Source: the human T2T-CHM13v2.0 reference genome, Homo sapiens. Taken from it: a DNA stretch of 64,000 nt. The translations under genes were made by a program, and so were the position numbers. Each line of letters starts with the position of its first letter. The first letter of the stretch is position 1. The DNA lies in NCBI RefSeq assembly GCF_009914755.1, contig NC_060929.1; one strand, written 5' to 3'. This document shows, one piece after another, positions 1-16,097 of the stretch. Under the pieces are notes generated by a model. That model saw only the letters and a program-made list of their open reading frames with translations. It did no database searches and had not been told where the DNA came from.

Positions 1-129
1 ACATTATGATTTTTAAAATTTTTCATTCACTAAGTATTTTGATGCCTAATTCCATAATCAAAAGAGATGAGTTCCCTCAGGAAGAGTATGATGTGTCAGA
101 CATTTTATCCCTGTATTTGCCAAGCTGCT

Positions 130-305
130 TCTTAAGAATCATCTTGAGGTTGTTATTTAAAATATAGATTCCCAGGCCTCGGCACAGACCCACTGGACTT
201 GAAACCCCAGTGGAGAGGCCTAGGAAGCTGTTTATTTAATAAACAAGTTAATAATAATCAGTTGTTTAATAAACTATTGATTCTTAACCATAAAATATGG
301 GAAAC
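130..305. mobile_element. MER5A-like hAT-Charlie DNA transposon remnant
   Basis: gaatcatcttgaggttgttatttaaaatatagattcccaggcc resembles the MER5A core. Similar copies at about 3710-3915, 5695-5835 and 6405-6550. Confidence 0.55.
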
Positions 306-839
306 TGATTTATCTTACTGTGTTCTTGGAAAAGGCCTAGACATTTCATTCCATAGACTTCTGTTAGAGTTTTGAAAAACTAGTTACTTATTGGCTACTA
401 TTTTGGTTCAGCAATGGTTCTTTCAGTACCCTGAAATAAGTATAGGCATTTTAAAGGAAGTGCTTTTTTGATAGCATATGTTCTCATTATATGGTAACTC
501 TTTCAAATGCCTGTCATTGGTGTAAAGCTAATACCTGGTGTTGCATGACCACAGATTTAGAAAGTTCACTTCCCTTTCAGACTTATAGTGATGACTAATG
601 ATACTGTGAATAGGCCTTAACAAGTGGACAGGGACTAATAAAATGTCTCTGCTTAGTGATTCATGGCATCTAAAGTGAATCACTTTAGGGAAAGTGATCA
701 ACTGACCTTGTACATCAATCTTATTGGCTGAGAGTGATGAAGGTGGGAGCGGAGGGCTTCTAATGTTACAATTTCAAGATTTGTATTTACCTAAATACTA
801 CTAATAGGAAATATTTGCTGTGTGTATATATATTTACTT

Positions 840-1136
<297 letters not shown>

Positions 1137-3326
1137 CTGAAAATATTGGCAATATTTTAAATTCATTACACCTATTGGGTATTATCTATAGAAAAACACA
1201 GGTTGTCTTCATTTTTGAGATATCTTAATGTATTCTTTCATTCAAAAAGTATTTGAGTACTTTCTGTGTGCATACTATCCACATTAAATAGGTGATGTTA
1301 TATCTTTTGTGTCATTTTAAAACATTTAACACTTGTAGTTCTTTGACAGTAGTATTTCTTTGGAAGAATGCATACATTGTTCTTCTGAAGTATAATAATA
1401 CTGTGTATACCATTAATATTATATGTACTTGAAAAACTTTGAAACTTATTTCAGAATTTGAGCAGATTTACCAGAGACCTCTGTATTGAAAAAATGATAT
1501 TAAGTAGCAGATGATGTATTTCAAAATTATTTCTGTTTCTATGGATCATGAACTTTTGGGGCAATACAAAAAGGGTATAAGTTTGGTTGAGGAGGTGACT
1601 TTTACAGATGAAACACAGATGCTTATAAAGACAGCATATGATTTGGGACCAAAAAGAGTAATACAGACAAATGGTATTGTTGGAGTAGAGAAGAAAAGGT
1701 CAATATGGGTTAGAATAGTCGTGGAGACTTTCTAGAAAAAATTGGCATGTGAAGATAGGCTTTTGGGAGTCTGGAGGAATGCTCTTCCAGGAGAAGAGCA
1801 GATTTTTAAAGTGGGGTGGCCATACATGCAGAGGCACATAGGTTGGAATAAGCAGTAATAGTGTAGTACAATGAGGAGAACAGTGTGAAGGAAGTAGAAG
1901 TTTGACCTCGAGTAGATAAAATGGGAAGGGTAGATTGGGCCTATATTCCAGAGAACTGAACATGGCAGGCTGTGTATTTGGTTCAAACTATATCAAAGAG
2001 GTTTGGGTAAGAGATTTATGTTATTAAGATAGTGTTTTAAAAGTATTAACAATAAGCGGTAGTTTTGAAATTGTGCTCTGTGGGGTGTTTAGCAGTGGGA
2101 CCCTTGATATCTTGGTCACCACTATATCCTTGGAGCCCAGGACAGAGCCTGGTACCCAGGAGGAACTAAAAAATGTTTGTTGAGTGAATGAATGGCAGAG
2201 TTTTGGGTCTTCCTTGACCCACGTTTCAATAGGAGCAGATCAGCATTACAGTGTTATATATATCAGGCTTCTACATATTGTTTCATTTTACTTGAAATGA
2301 TTCCATATACAAAAGCAGTTTGAAACCCCTAAATATGGACTTAGTGGAGGAGAGATTGGAGGAGAGGAACCAGGAAACAGTTTGGCAACTATGTTCTAAG
2401 TCCTGATTTCATTTACACCTCAGGGTGGCTGTGTTGGGTATTCCCATTACGGTGTATTAAAGAATCTTAGGATGTTTCAGAAAAATTAATGTTTTTGTTT
2501 TGACATAAAGAAATGATGGCATCATGGCTTTAAGATATGCAGATGATCTTTTATGGCTTTAAGATGAAATCATGACTGACAGTTAGCAGGCATTGAGCTT
2601 CTGCTTTTGTGCAGATCTCTGTAAGTTTGTGTTTTGGGGGAGATAGAAGGGAAATGGGAGCCGACGTAGACCGTGATGGGGTTGATCATTGTGATCTAGT
2701 GATCCATTGAGTATTTGGAAATTGGTGCTCAAGTTGGATAGAGAAATGATTTTGGATAGAAGCAGCTATCACATTTGTAAAATGCTTTTTAGAAGTTTTC
2801 TGGTCTCACTGTTCTTATTTGTAGGTTTCCTCTAGACAGGTTGATCCAGGGGACGCGCCGTGATGGGGTTTCCTTATAAAGTGATTTGTGTAATGCTGCT
2901 TTCTCTGGAAATTTGTAAACTCATTTTTTCAGTGCCCACTAAATGAAGTTAATAAAAGGGCAGTAGGTCTTTCCCTATCTCACTTAGACCCTAGGCAGTT
3001 TTCACTTTCATTCTTGGCTTTCTCTTTGGCAAAGCTAGGAAGCTTCTGCTGAAACCCACTTCACTAGAGGATATCGTAGTTAGAGAGTTGTCAAGTGCAT
3101 ACTTTGGTATAGTCCCTATATTTATAAAGTATGTCACAGTAAGTGTATAAGAATGATGAGTGTTGAAATGGATAATTTGATATGTATTCTGTAGATTTTA
3201 CCTTTTTAAAAGGCTTATTAACTAAACAAGTAGCTGACTAAATACATTCAGAAAATAGTAGAAGGTAGATGGCTACTACTCTGACTTATTGTGGGTGAAC
3301 AGGTGAACAGTTCTTCTTATGTACTA

Positions 3327-3620
3327 TTTTTTTTTTTTTTTTGAGATGGAGTCTTGCACTGTCACCCGGGCTGGTGTGCAGTGGTGGATCTTGGCTCGCT
3401 GCAACCTCTGCCTCTCGGGTTCAAGCGATTCTCTTGCCTCAGCCTCCCAAGTAGCTAGGATTACAGGTGCCCACCACCACAACTGGCTAATTTTTTGTAT
3501 TTTTAATGGAGATGGGGTTTCACTATGTTGGCCAAGGTTAAACTCCTGACCTTGTGGTGATCCGCCCGCCTTGGCCTCCCAAAGTGCTGAGATTACAGGT
3601 GTGAGCCACCGCGCCTGGCC
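3327..3620 (-). mobile_element. AluS in the last MRPL22 intron
   Basis: Poly-T followed by reverse Alu consensus. Confidence 0.9.
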
Positions 3621-4562
3621 CTTACATGCTATTTAAAAGATTTCTTTACACTTTCAAGGTCAAATTTTGATATACAGAATGGGGGAGGGGAGCTGAAGGG
3701 GCCGTTGTGCCAGAGTTCCTAAAACTGGCTGTCAGTCAGAATTTCTGGGGAGAGTTGGGGTACGGGTGTTTGCCCAGGATGTAATTTCCAAGGCCCACCC
3801 CAGATATACTGAATTAGAATCCACAGAGGTGAGGTCTCAGCATCTGCATTTTAATTACATTCCCTAGGTTAGTCTGATGTAGCTTGTCAGAGAACCAGCA
3901 TTTGGGAGCCATTGACTCCAGTGGCTTCTCATCACAATTAGAATAAAATAAAAAACTCCTTGCCTGAGCCTACAGGACCTTGTGTAATCTTGCCCTAGCT
4001 TTATCTCTAATCTCTTTTCCTTGTTTGTGCTTCTCTTCCCCTTGCTTACTATGCTTCAGCATGGTAGTCTTCTTTCTTTTCCTAAAACAAGCCGAGTGCA
4101 TTCCCACCATTGGGCCTTTGCACTTGCTGTTTCCTCTGCCTGGAATACCCTGTCCCTAGATATTCAAATAGATGATTCATTCTGCTCTTAGATCAAATGT
4201 CTCTTTCTCAGGGATGCCTCTTGACACTCCCAGTCTGAAGTCCCTTACACCCCATCATTGTCTGTCATCTCATTCTGATTTATTCACAGCACTTGTCACT
4301 AGCTGAAATTATCATTTTATTTTACATCTTTCTTCTCCAGAATGTAAACTGCTTGGAGGCAGGGGCCTTGCCAGTCTTGTGCACTCTTACTTCTCCAACA
4401 CTAGAATAGTGCCTGGTCCTTAGTTAGCATTCAGGAGATAGTTGTTTTGAGACAAGCCTGCTCTAGCCAACCAGTGAGCCCATGTAATCTCAGAATCCAG
4501 TCAAGGAAAGGACAGAAATTGCTCAGCTGATCAGGCTTGTGGATAACACTCATTTCCTGTAA

Positions 4563-4796
<234 letters not shown>

Positions 4797-4847
4797 TGAG
4801 GAGATTCAGACTCCACAGTGTATATATTTTGCCATTTATTTTCTAAA

Positions 4848-4853
4848 AATAAA
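4848..4853 (+). terminator. MRPL22: Proximal poly(A) signal of MRPL22
   Basis: AATAAA about 50 nt after the stop, with U-rich sequence downstream. Confidence 0.75.
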
Positions 4854-6979
4854 CAAAAATTGAAGGCAAATGCTTTTTATGATTTCTCATTGAATTATTG
4901 AAACAGTGTATAACTGCTAGTTGTAAATGAATATTTATAAGGCTTTGCCCATTTCTTTTGAGCCTCTGGGCATATTTGTATGCATTTGCGACTTGGAAGG
5001 GGAAATCAGCTTTAAACATAGTAACAGACTATATTTCAAAAGGCTTTTGGAGTAACTTTGAAAGGGAATGTTAACTTTCCAACTAGTGTCCTGCAGGTGG
5101 CTGTTTTGATACTGGACTTGAATACAGTGTTATGAGGTAAGAAAATTGCTTTTATTTCACTTAATTTTCTCTTGGGACCATGGGAAGTTAGAGTGGCTGC
5201 ATGTTGTTTCATTACAGTATTTTAGGGTGTTCAGTGGTACCGTTTTTCCTTTCACTGTTGGCACAGGCCAGTGAGTCAAAAATTATATTTTCCTTTACTG
5301 TTTTAGCAGTAACTCGAAACTACAGGAGTTTATTAGATATACGAATCTAAAACTCCAAAAACCTTTAACTTTGAAAATTTTCTTTTGGTTAAGCAAAGCC
5401 TGTTTTTATTTCTTCTTCCAACAGTGCTTTATATTGTTTGGATATCTTGTTTAGGATTGATTTATTTTTCAGGGTAAATTCAATTACTGAGAGAGGAATT
5501 GAACCAATCTCAGCATTGCATTCTAAAATGGGGCAGTAGGTGGCACTCAACCTTTTATTAGCAGAAAATTGTTAGTTTCAAATTAGAGTGTTCAACACTG
5601 CTTCCCTCTCATTCATACACGTCTTCATTAAGAAGAAGTACTCTTTGTCTACAGCCCTAGTCCAACTTTTGCATGCAAAAGAAGAATCGAGGATGCTTGC
5701 TTGTTAATGCAGACTTCTGGGCCCCACCCCAATGATTCAATTCACTAGGTCTTATGGGGGGCTGGTTTCAGAAATCTATGTTTTAAACAAACACTTCCAG
5801 GTAATTCTGTTGTAGGGGACTACGCTTTGAGAATACGGCTTTAGGAGAATGAAAAAATGTAGTTTTATTGCCATGTTTTAAGATGGCATTAATAATAGTT
5901 ACTGTTTACTGGGAACTTGTTATTTGCAAGCTCTGTGCTAGTATTTTACATAATTCTTCACAACATCCTGAAAATGTAGCTTTTGTTTTACCACTTTACA
6001 AAGGAATAAACCGAAGCACACAGAATTCAAATAACTATCACAAGTCACACAGCATGTAAATATTGGGGCTATGATTGAAAGGTTTCTAAAGTAGCTGGTT
6101 CTGCATACCTTTTGAGTATACAGCTGGGTTTTTGTGTCTCTCCAGTTAACCTAATGCATGGGTAAAAAGACATCAGGGGTCAGTGGAATAAACCAAGGTG
6201 TAGGACAGATTCATTCTGGGTCCTAAGCTGTTGTAGCATGGAGTCAGGGAAATAACACTGGAATATTAAAAGGTAACCTTCATTCTAGTCTGTGCATTCT
6301 CATTAGCCAGAAAGAAGACTGGATAGGTCTCTTCCCTTGCTGGCCTCCATTTCATTCATTTATGAAACAAGAGACTCAATGTTCTCTGTAGAAAACCTTT
6401 TTTAGAATCACTTGAAGAATTTGTTTAAAAATGCAAATTCCTGGGCTCTACTCTCAGACTAAGTGAATCAGAAGCTTTGGTGTGGGAGACCATGGAACCT
6501 GCAGTTTTAATAAATGCCCCAGTGATTTGCATGTTGGAGAATTATCACACCAGGTCACTGTGCTCTCATGTGGTGGGGATGCTCCACGATTGCTCTTGGA
6601 GTTGTGACTTCCTTGGGTGTGACTAAAGCCAGGTGGTGCCATGGACATCATAAATATAAATTATGTAAGTGAAGGCACTGCTTCAGTCAGGCTGTAAAAG
6701 CTATTTTGAAAGTGGTAAGGAAAAAGTAGGATTGTAATGAAGAAAATTTCCTTCCCAGGTTAAGCCTTCATTTGGAACTGCTTCCAGTACGTTACAAAAA
6801 GTAATAATAGCTAACCTGTGTCACTGACTGTATCTGGTACTATTTTAAGCACTATATATACATTATCTCAATGAATCTTTCCCATTGTGACATCCGGCTA
6901 GTTTTCGTGGCTAAGAGTGTACTTTCTAACATCCATGAACATTGTGGTCCCCACCTGAAGTTTCACTTTGCATGTTCAG

Positions 6980-7357
6980 TGATATGGTTTGGCTCTGTGT
7001 TCCCACCCAATCTTATCTCAAATTGTAATCCCCATGTGTCCAGGGAGGGACCTGTAATCCCCACCTAGTGACGGAGGGAGGTGATTGATGATGGGTGTGG
7101 TGTACCCCATGCTGTTCTCGTGATAGTGAGTGGGTTCTCATGAGATCTGATGGTTTTATAAGTGTTTGAAAGTTCCCTCTTCACTCGCTGTCTTGCCTGC
7201 TGCCATGTAAAATGTGCCTACTTCACCCTCTGCCATGATTGTAAGTTTCCTGAGGCCTCCCCAGCCATGCAGAACTTTGACACAATTAAATGTCTTTTCT
7301 TTATAAATTACCCAATCTTGGGTATTCTTTATAGTGGTGTGAAAATGGACTAATACA
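6980..7357 (+). mobile_element. THE1 (ERVL-MaLR) solo LTR, THE1C/D-like
   Basis: Starts tgatatggtttggctctgtg, ends aatggactaataca. Perfect 5-bp TSD TTCAG (6975-6979 and 7358-7362). ATTAAA at 7285-7290. Confidence 0.92.
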
Positions 7358-7959
7358 TTCAGAAGCCATTATCTGTTATTCTTTAATGGCAATCTCTGAA
7401 TGCTTGTACTTTCCTTCTTTTCCAAAGAATTACTGTAGACCCAAATTTTCATCATTTGAGTGTAGCACATTCAGAAAGTACACCAATTGCAAGTATACAG
7501 CACAAATTATGATCAGCTGATGAACATGTACAAATAACCCCCATTAAGACAAGAAATAGAACATAAATAGCAACCCTGAAGCCCCTACCTGCACCCCCGG
7601 TCACTACCCCATCTCTCTTCTCAAAAAGTAATCATGATAGATTAAAAAAAAAAAAGGTCAGCTTTTGTTTTTTCAACTCTAATTTATTGGGCAACTATTA
7701 TATACATGGTACTGAAGATACAGGCAGTGAACATAGTAAATATGGCCCCTGCCTGAAAGAGCTGACTGATGGGAAAGACAACTGTACATCTATCATTGAA
7801 AGTATTTATTGTGGATTCAGAGGGACAGGGGGCTCTGAAAAATAGTTACTGCTTCTTTGGGGGTTTACTTAAAGAGATACAGTCAGGAGAAAGGGTAAAA
7901 ACAAATACATGGTTCAGTAAAAAGCTATGATATCAAAATGTCAACTTAAGGGATTTTAT

Positions 7960-8271
<312 letters not shown>

Positions 8272-8639
8272 TGAATGAAAGCAAGGAAATATTGGTAGAT
8301 GAATTATACTTGTGCACTAAAATAAAATTTTTAAAAATATCCAATAGGGACTTGAATGATTATTTTCACATATGGCCCAAGGAGGCTCATACAAATTCTA
8401 CTTTGGAAAGGAAGGAATGGCAATATTAATTTCAAAGTGCAATTTAAGGAAGAAGTTAAATGACCCTAAAAAGGTTGTTTACACATGCAGTCAATTTGAG
8501 AAAATGTACAAGTCTTCTGAAGAGCATTTGTAAATTGCATGTGTCCACAGTGGACCCCAATATAAGAAATACTGATTTAAATGGTTTTTCTATTTGACTG
8601 TTTATCTAAATGGTCACAGTTCTTTACTCTTTTCATATA

Positions 8640-9110
8640 TTGATGCTCTTTGCAATGTGACTTTGTATCTCCTCTTATTAAGAGGTGGAGTCTTTGAATC
8701 TGGGCTGGCTTTGTGACTTCTTTGGCCAACAGAAAGTAGCAGAAGTGAGAGTTTTCCAGTTTTCAGTCTAGGCCTCAGAGGTCTTGTTTGCTTCCTCTTT
8801 TTTTCCTGGACCTTTGCTTCTGCCATGTCAACAAACCTAAGCTAACCTGCTGCAGGACTAGAGACCACATGGAAGAGAGCAATGAATCACCCACTGAGAG
8901 CCAGCCAGCCAACTCCTAAACATGTGAGTGAGCCCAGCCCACATCAACAGAGCTGCCTACCCCATGAAAAACTGACTATAGAAGCATGAATGAGCCCAGT
9001 TGAGATGAGAAAACCCACTATAAACTGACTTACAGAGTCATGAACAATAGTAACTGCTTATTGTTTAAGCCATTGAGATTTGAGGTAGTTTGTTACACAG
9101 TAATAGGTGT
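8640..9110 (+). mobile_element. Old MLT1 (MaLR) LTR remnant
   Basis: aagaggtggagtc...tgaatctgggctggc...ttgtttaagccattgagatttgaggtagtttgttacacag resembles MLT1F-H. Confidence 0.55.
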
Positions 9111-10967
9111 GATAAATATTTCAAACTTTGTACCCTACAGAAAATACCTATTCTTTTTAAATGGCTGTAAAAATTTATGAAATTGATTCTAGGGTTATCA
9201 TAAAGGAACCTTAATAGATTCTTTCAAATAGAAACTATATAAATAACTTTTTAAAATCATACTGCCTTAAAACTAGAAATTTGTTCCTTTTTAAAAAAAG
9301 TTTAAATATAATTCAAGCTACTTGATAATTGAACACTCCTAACTCTTGGTTCTTTGGGGGAAAAAGGATCATTAAAGTGGACGTGACCTATGAATTCAAT
9401 CAAATACAAATGAAAAAATTCAATGTGGGAAAAGGGCATACAGAGAAGATTGAGAATCCTATGTAGTTAAAAAAAAAAAAAAAAGAATCCTTTGTAGGAA
9501 TGTGCTGTATCGTAGCCAACCTGGAAGTACATTTCTCAGAATCCTCTTCTCTGTAGGGTTGTGGGTTAGAATTGGCTGAAAGATGAGTAAGATCTGGGAG
9601 TTGGAAGTGATGCTCTCACAATCATTTTGGCATCCTGACACCTATTGTAGTGGTAACTCAGTCGGAGACACCATGCTAAAGCAGCAAGCATCCCATTCCA
9701 TCATCTTGTAAGACTAATGTAAGCAAAAATAAATTATTAAAAGAGTATTGGATCACTCAAATAATTTCTAAGTGGCCCAAGAACTAGATTTTAAAGCTAC
9801 ATAGCCAGGAACAATGCAATCAGATGACATAGGAAGAAAACCATACCTCCTTACAATAGGGCTGTTCTAGTGGAAAGACTAGGATTCCATCATAGCTGCT
9901 CCTAAAGGGCCAGATGCCTGTGTACTGTCTGGGTATAATAGAATCTGTAATCTCCTACTCTGTGACCACCTCCTCACATTGTTCTCTTCCATCTCTGAAT
10001 CAGTGTGGGCATAAATGACTGGCATATATTATATGAATGAACCTTAGTTGTAAGTACAGAAATGTACTTTTTAGTTTTCTGGTTTCTAAAGCATGCCAAT
10101 GTCCTCCAGTCAGAGACCACCACAAATACAACTCTAGTTGAACAAGTTGGGTTTATTACTTGTTGCAGCGAGGGAAAACACACCATGGGGAGCTATGGGG
10201 TGTCTCAATAAGAGGTGTTAGAACCTATTATAGGATTTGGGCATTGGTTGGGTGATTTGTGGAGGGGCTAAGAAAGCAGGTATTTTTTTCTAAATTGGAT
10301 GCTGTTAGAAAGCAGGTGCAATTATATGATTATCTCAAGTTTTATCAAGGAGGGTAAATGAGTGAAAAAAAGGGGTAAGTGGTAAAGAGTTAACAGTTAC
10401 TCATTTTGGCCACAAGAGAGGAATGTTTGGTATTTTGTGAGGGGCACAGTGAACTTATTTTTTTCTGAGCTTCAGCAAAATGATGGTGTGGACTCGCCTT
10501 ATTTCATTGAATCATGATCCCAGAGTAACTTTGTCTGGCTTTGATATTCTGTGACATGGTTTATGTCCAACAGAGGGCAGCATGGCCTAGCTGTGAGTGC
10601 CTGGCCAGCTTCTGAATGTCAAGGGCTGCTCTTTTCTTTTCTTTCTCAAATGCAAGAGAAGGGAATTGTTGAATAAGCTGATTTATTGTTTTTGCCACAG
10701 GTATCACCATACTTAAAGTGAAGCTCTGGTGTTTCCTGCTAAGTTCAGGTATAAGACAAGTATGCCGACTATCCATGATCATTTAATATTTTCTGAAAGT
10801 TTAGCCAAAACAGTAAAACAAATGAAATAAGAGAAAAATCTTTGGAAAGGAGGAGGCAAATTATTATTTACATATAATTGCCTATCTAGCAATCTAATAA
10901 AGTAAACAGAAAAAATATTTGAAGTAAGTAGAGTTCAATAAGGCAGTTGGTTACAAAATCAATATGC

Positions 10968-10970
<3 letters not shown>

Positions 10971-11012
<42 letters not shown>
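10971..11012 (+). repeat. (AC)21 microsatellite beside a reverse Alu fragment (about 11014-11133)
   Basis: Directly visible. Confidence 0.95.
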
Positions 11013-11014
<2 letters not shown>

Positions 11015-12891
11015 ATTTAAGAGACAGGGGTCTCACTGTTTCTGTTGCCCAGGCTCAAGCTCTGGGGCTCAAACCCTTCACCTCAGCTTCCCAAGTAGCT
11101 AGGACTACAGGCACATGCCACTGTGCCCAGCTAAAGCTTATCTTTCAAAATCAACAACTCAAAAGAAAAGATAATTTTTAAAAAGTATTAAAAATAGAAA
11201 CTAAAATATAAAATATCTAGGAACAAACTTACATAAGTAGGCAGGACCCATAGAAATAGAACTGTAAAACTTTATTGAGGGATTTGAAAGAAGACTGGAA
11301 TAAATGATAGGGCATACCCATTCTTGAATGGCATAACTCAGGAATTCAACCACTTCAATTCTAATAAAAATGTCAAAAGCATTTTTTTAACTAGAGAATA
11401 TAATTCTAAAGTCACCTGGGAAGCTTAATAAAGGGATGAAGAAATTTTGGAAGATTGAGGGGTGACTTACATTGCTAGGAAGAAAGGTTTATTATTAAAG
11501 CAGCATGATTCTTATGTAGCCTCCCAGACAGGCTCAAGTATATAGATTTGATATAGGATAAAGGTGGAATTGAAATATACTTACACTTCTGCTTAGGATA
11601 TAGCTGCAAAGCTCATCACTCTCACCCTAACAATGAAAATGACAGGTAAATGACAAAATCATTACTTTTGTTGAGCCCGTAAGAAAGAATAGCTTCTGAG
11701 GCAACCAAGTAAGCTAATTCAAAAGAGAGACAAGTTCCTCCAAGGAGAGATGAGCTATGCAAACTGTCTTAACTGTCAGAGCACAAAAAGAGGGGCCACC
11801 ACTTTTTAAGTGGATTAGAAATCAGGGAAATTGTTACATGCTGTCAAAATCCATGTGTGGATTAGTGGGCATTTGTTTTATTATTGTTCATGACACTGTG
11901 CTGCCTTCTGTGTATATGATGTATTTTAAAGTAGGGAAAAAGTAAATTTGGGGTCCAAATGTAATTTCCTGCATTTTTACACACAGGGGAATTTAGCCAC
12001 AGAGAGGCTGGGTCCATTGGTGAAGATCAATTACTCCCATTTCCCAGTTCAATTTTCCATTCCCTATCCAATGCTCTGGCATCTAAAGCAGCCACATGAT
12101 TTAGCATAAGTTAATAGACTCTGAACTTTTAAAATCAAGGCCAGTTTAAAAGAACTTAAGTTGCAGATATGAGATGTTTAATAAAAAATGAACACATACG
12201 GGTGAAATTTATCTGACTTGGGATGGAGAAAGCTTTTTATAAAGCAAAGGCAGAAGCCATAAAGAAAAAGATGAACATCTTAGGAGTATTAAGAGATATA
12301 TCTGAATGATAAGATTACAGGCAACCTTTAATTTTACTTTGTGTGTTTTTCTATATTTTTGATGTTTTCTAAGTGAAATATATATTACCTAGGTAATTAG
12401 AAAAAATAGTAAAATTAAAAATAAATATCACTTTGAGTACTGTGAGCAGAAGCAGGAATGGAAGAATGCAGCTAACTCAGGAGAAATATGTGTTTTTAGC
12501 AGCTATCATTACCTTGAGTTTTCACATAAAACCTTAAGTTTTATAGGTGGAGAGAAAAACCAGGGGAAAGCACCTGATTAAGTGGCATTAAGTGGATGCT
12601 GGTGAAAATGTGACCACATTAGAATGTTGAAATATGATGAAATTGTGGCACAGGCCATCCTTGGATGTGCAGGTTGTGACCTGAGCAGAACTGTCTTCTG
12701 ACCCATCCCTGCTCATCACAGATATTAAGAGTCTGAAGAAAGCTTGGCACAGGCAGGGTGTAGAGAACACAATAGGAAGTCTTGGTAAAGTCACAGAAGC
12801 AAGAGAAGCCCTTATACCCTCCACCCAGTGATTTCAAGTGGGAGAGAAAGAACGAGAAGTCTCTTGGAGTTTATGCTTAAGCCTCACCTGA

Positions 12892-13197
<306 letters not shown>

Positions 13198-13637
13198 AGT
13201 TATTTCTTTATGTCGAAGTTCCCTGCTCTGATAAGATGGTGCAAAGTGAGAGTGTTAAATGTGGCTTTTCTCTTAATGACTTGTTTTCTCATAAGCCAAC
13301 AGTGTTGATTGTCTGTGTTAATGGAGAGGATTTGCAAGCCCATGACTAAGTGAAAAGTACAGACCTCTACATCCCTAAAACCTTAGCTTGATTTTTACTC
13401 CCCTCTCTGCCCTCTTTTCTAGTATTTTTCTGCACTGTTAAAACCCTCCAGTGGCTTTCCACAGGTGTCAGGATAAAGTTTAAACTTCTTGTCTTACAAA
13501 TACCTGCTTTTCATTATAGCATCAATGCTCATTACCACATACTTCAACCATACCAAATGACCTATAAATACCTATGGCCTCTTATTTCATGTCTCTGGGC
13601 ATTTACAGTCTTGCTAATATTACCAAATGCCTACTAT

Positions 13638-14484
13638 TGTGTCCGGAATTGGTTCCTTCCGGTGGGTTCTTGGTCTCGCTGACTTCAAGAATGAAGCCGT
13701 GGACCCTAGCAGTGAGTGTTACCGTTCTTAAAGATGGTGTGTCCGGAGTTTGTTCCTTCAGATGTTCAGATGTGTCCAGAGTTTCTTCCTTGGTCTTGCT
13801 GACTTCAGGAGTGAAGCAGCAGACCTTTGCAGTGAGTGTTACAGCTCTTAAAGGTGGCGCAACGGGAGTTGCTCGCTCCTCCTGGTGGGTTCGTGGTCTC
13901 GCTGACTTCAGGAGTGAAGCCACAAACATTAGCGGTGAGTGTTACAGCTCATAAAGGTGGTGTGGACCCAAAGAGAGAGCAGCAGCAAGATTTATTATGA
14001 AGAGCAAAAGAACAAACCTTCCATACCGTGGAAGGGGACCCAAGTGGGTTTTCGCGGCTGGCTCGGGTGGCCTGCTTTTATTCTTATTTGGCCCCGCCCA
14101 CATCCTGCTGATTGGTCTATTTTACAGAGCGCTGATTGGTCCATTTTACAGAGTGCTGATTGGTGCGTTTACAAACCTTTAGCTAAACACAGAGCACTGA
14201 TTGGTGCGTTTTTACAGAGTGCTGACTGGTGCGTTTACAAACCTTTAGTTAGACACAGAGTGCTGATCGGTGTGTTTTTACAGAGTGCTGACTGGTGTGT
14301 TTACAAACCTTTAGCTAGACACAGAGCACTGATTGGTGCATTTTTACACAGTGCTGATTGATGCATTTACAAACCTTTAGCTAGATACAGAGTGCTGATT
14401 GGTGTGTTTACAAACCTTTAGCTAGACAAAAAAGTTCTCCAAGTCCCCACTCGACCCAGGAAGTCCAGCTGGCTTCACCTCTCA
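13638..14484 (-). mobile_element. LTR12 (ERV9) solo LTR
   Basis: Ends tgtgtccggaattgg and cttcacctctca. 4-bp TSD CTAT (13634-13637 and 14485-14488). Tandem gtgctgattggt enhancer repeats at about 14100-14430. Interrupts an L2/MIR motif (cctactat|gtgtccagcac). Confidence 0.93.
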
Positions 14485-14689
14485 CTATGTGTCCAGCACT
14501 CTGCTAAACGTATGCGCTTCCTCCTCATAACAATTCTTTCTTGTTGGCTTGAATACTTGAATATTGTTTCCATTTAACAAATGAGAAACCTAATGTTCAA
14601 ATAAATTAAATAATTTGTCTAAGGTCACACAGCTAATAAGCAGCAGAGCCAGAATTTAAACCCAGGTTTGACTCCAAAGTCTGAATTTT

Positions 14690-15772
<1,083 letters not shown>

Positions 15773-15788
15773 AAAGCCTAAATTCCTA

Positions 15789-16097
<309 letters not shown>

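Noticed and set aside
588-735. Possible intronic C/D snoRNA (GTGATGA at 588, CTGA near 702 and 728, small AGTGATTCA/TGAATCACT hairpin)
   Set aside because: No convincing terminal stem or recognisable rRNA guide; such motifs arise by chance. A snoscan or Rfam hit would be needed.
13574-14361. ORFs of 108-140 aa with repeated LQSADW motifs; array could be mistaken for CRISPR
   Set aside because: Translations of LTR12 tandem enhancer repeats; no unique spacers, no cas genes, eukaryotic DNA.
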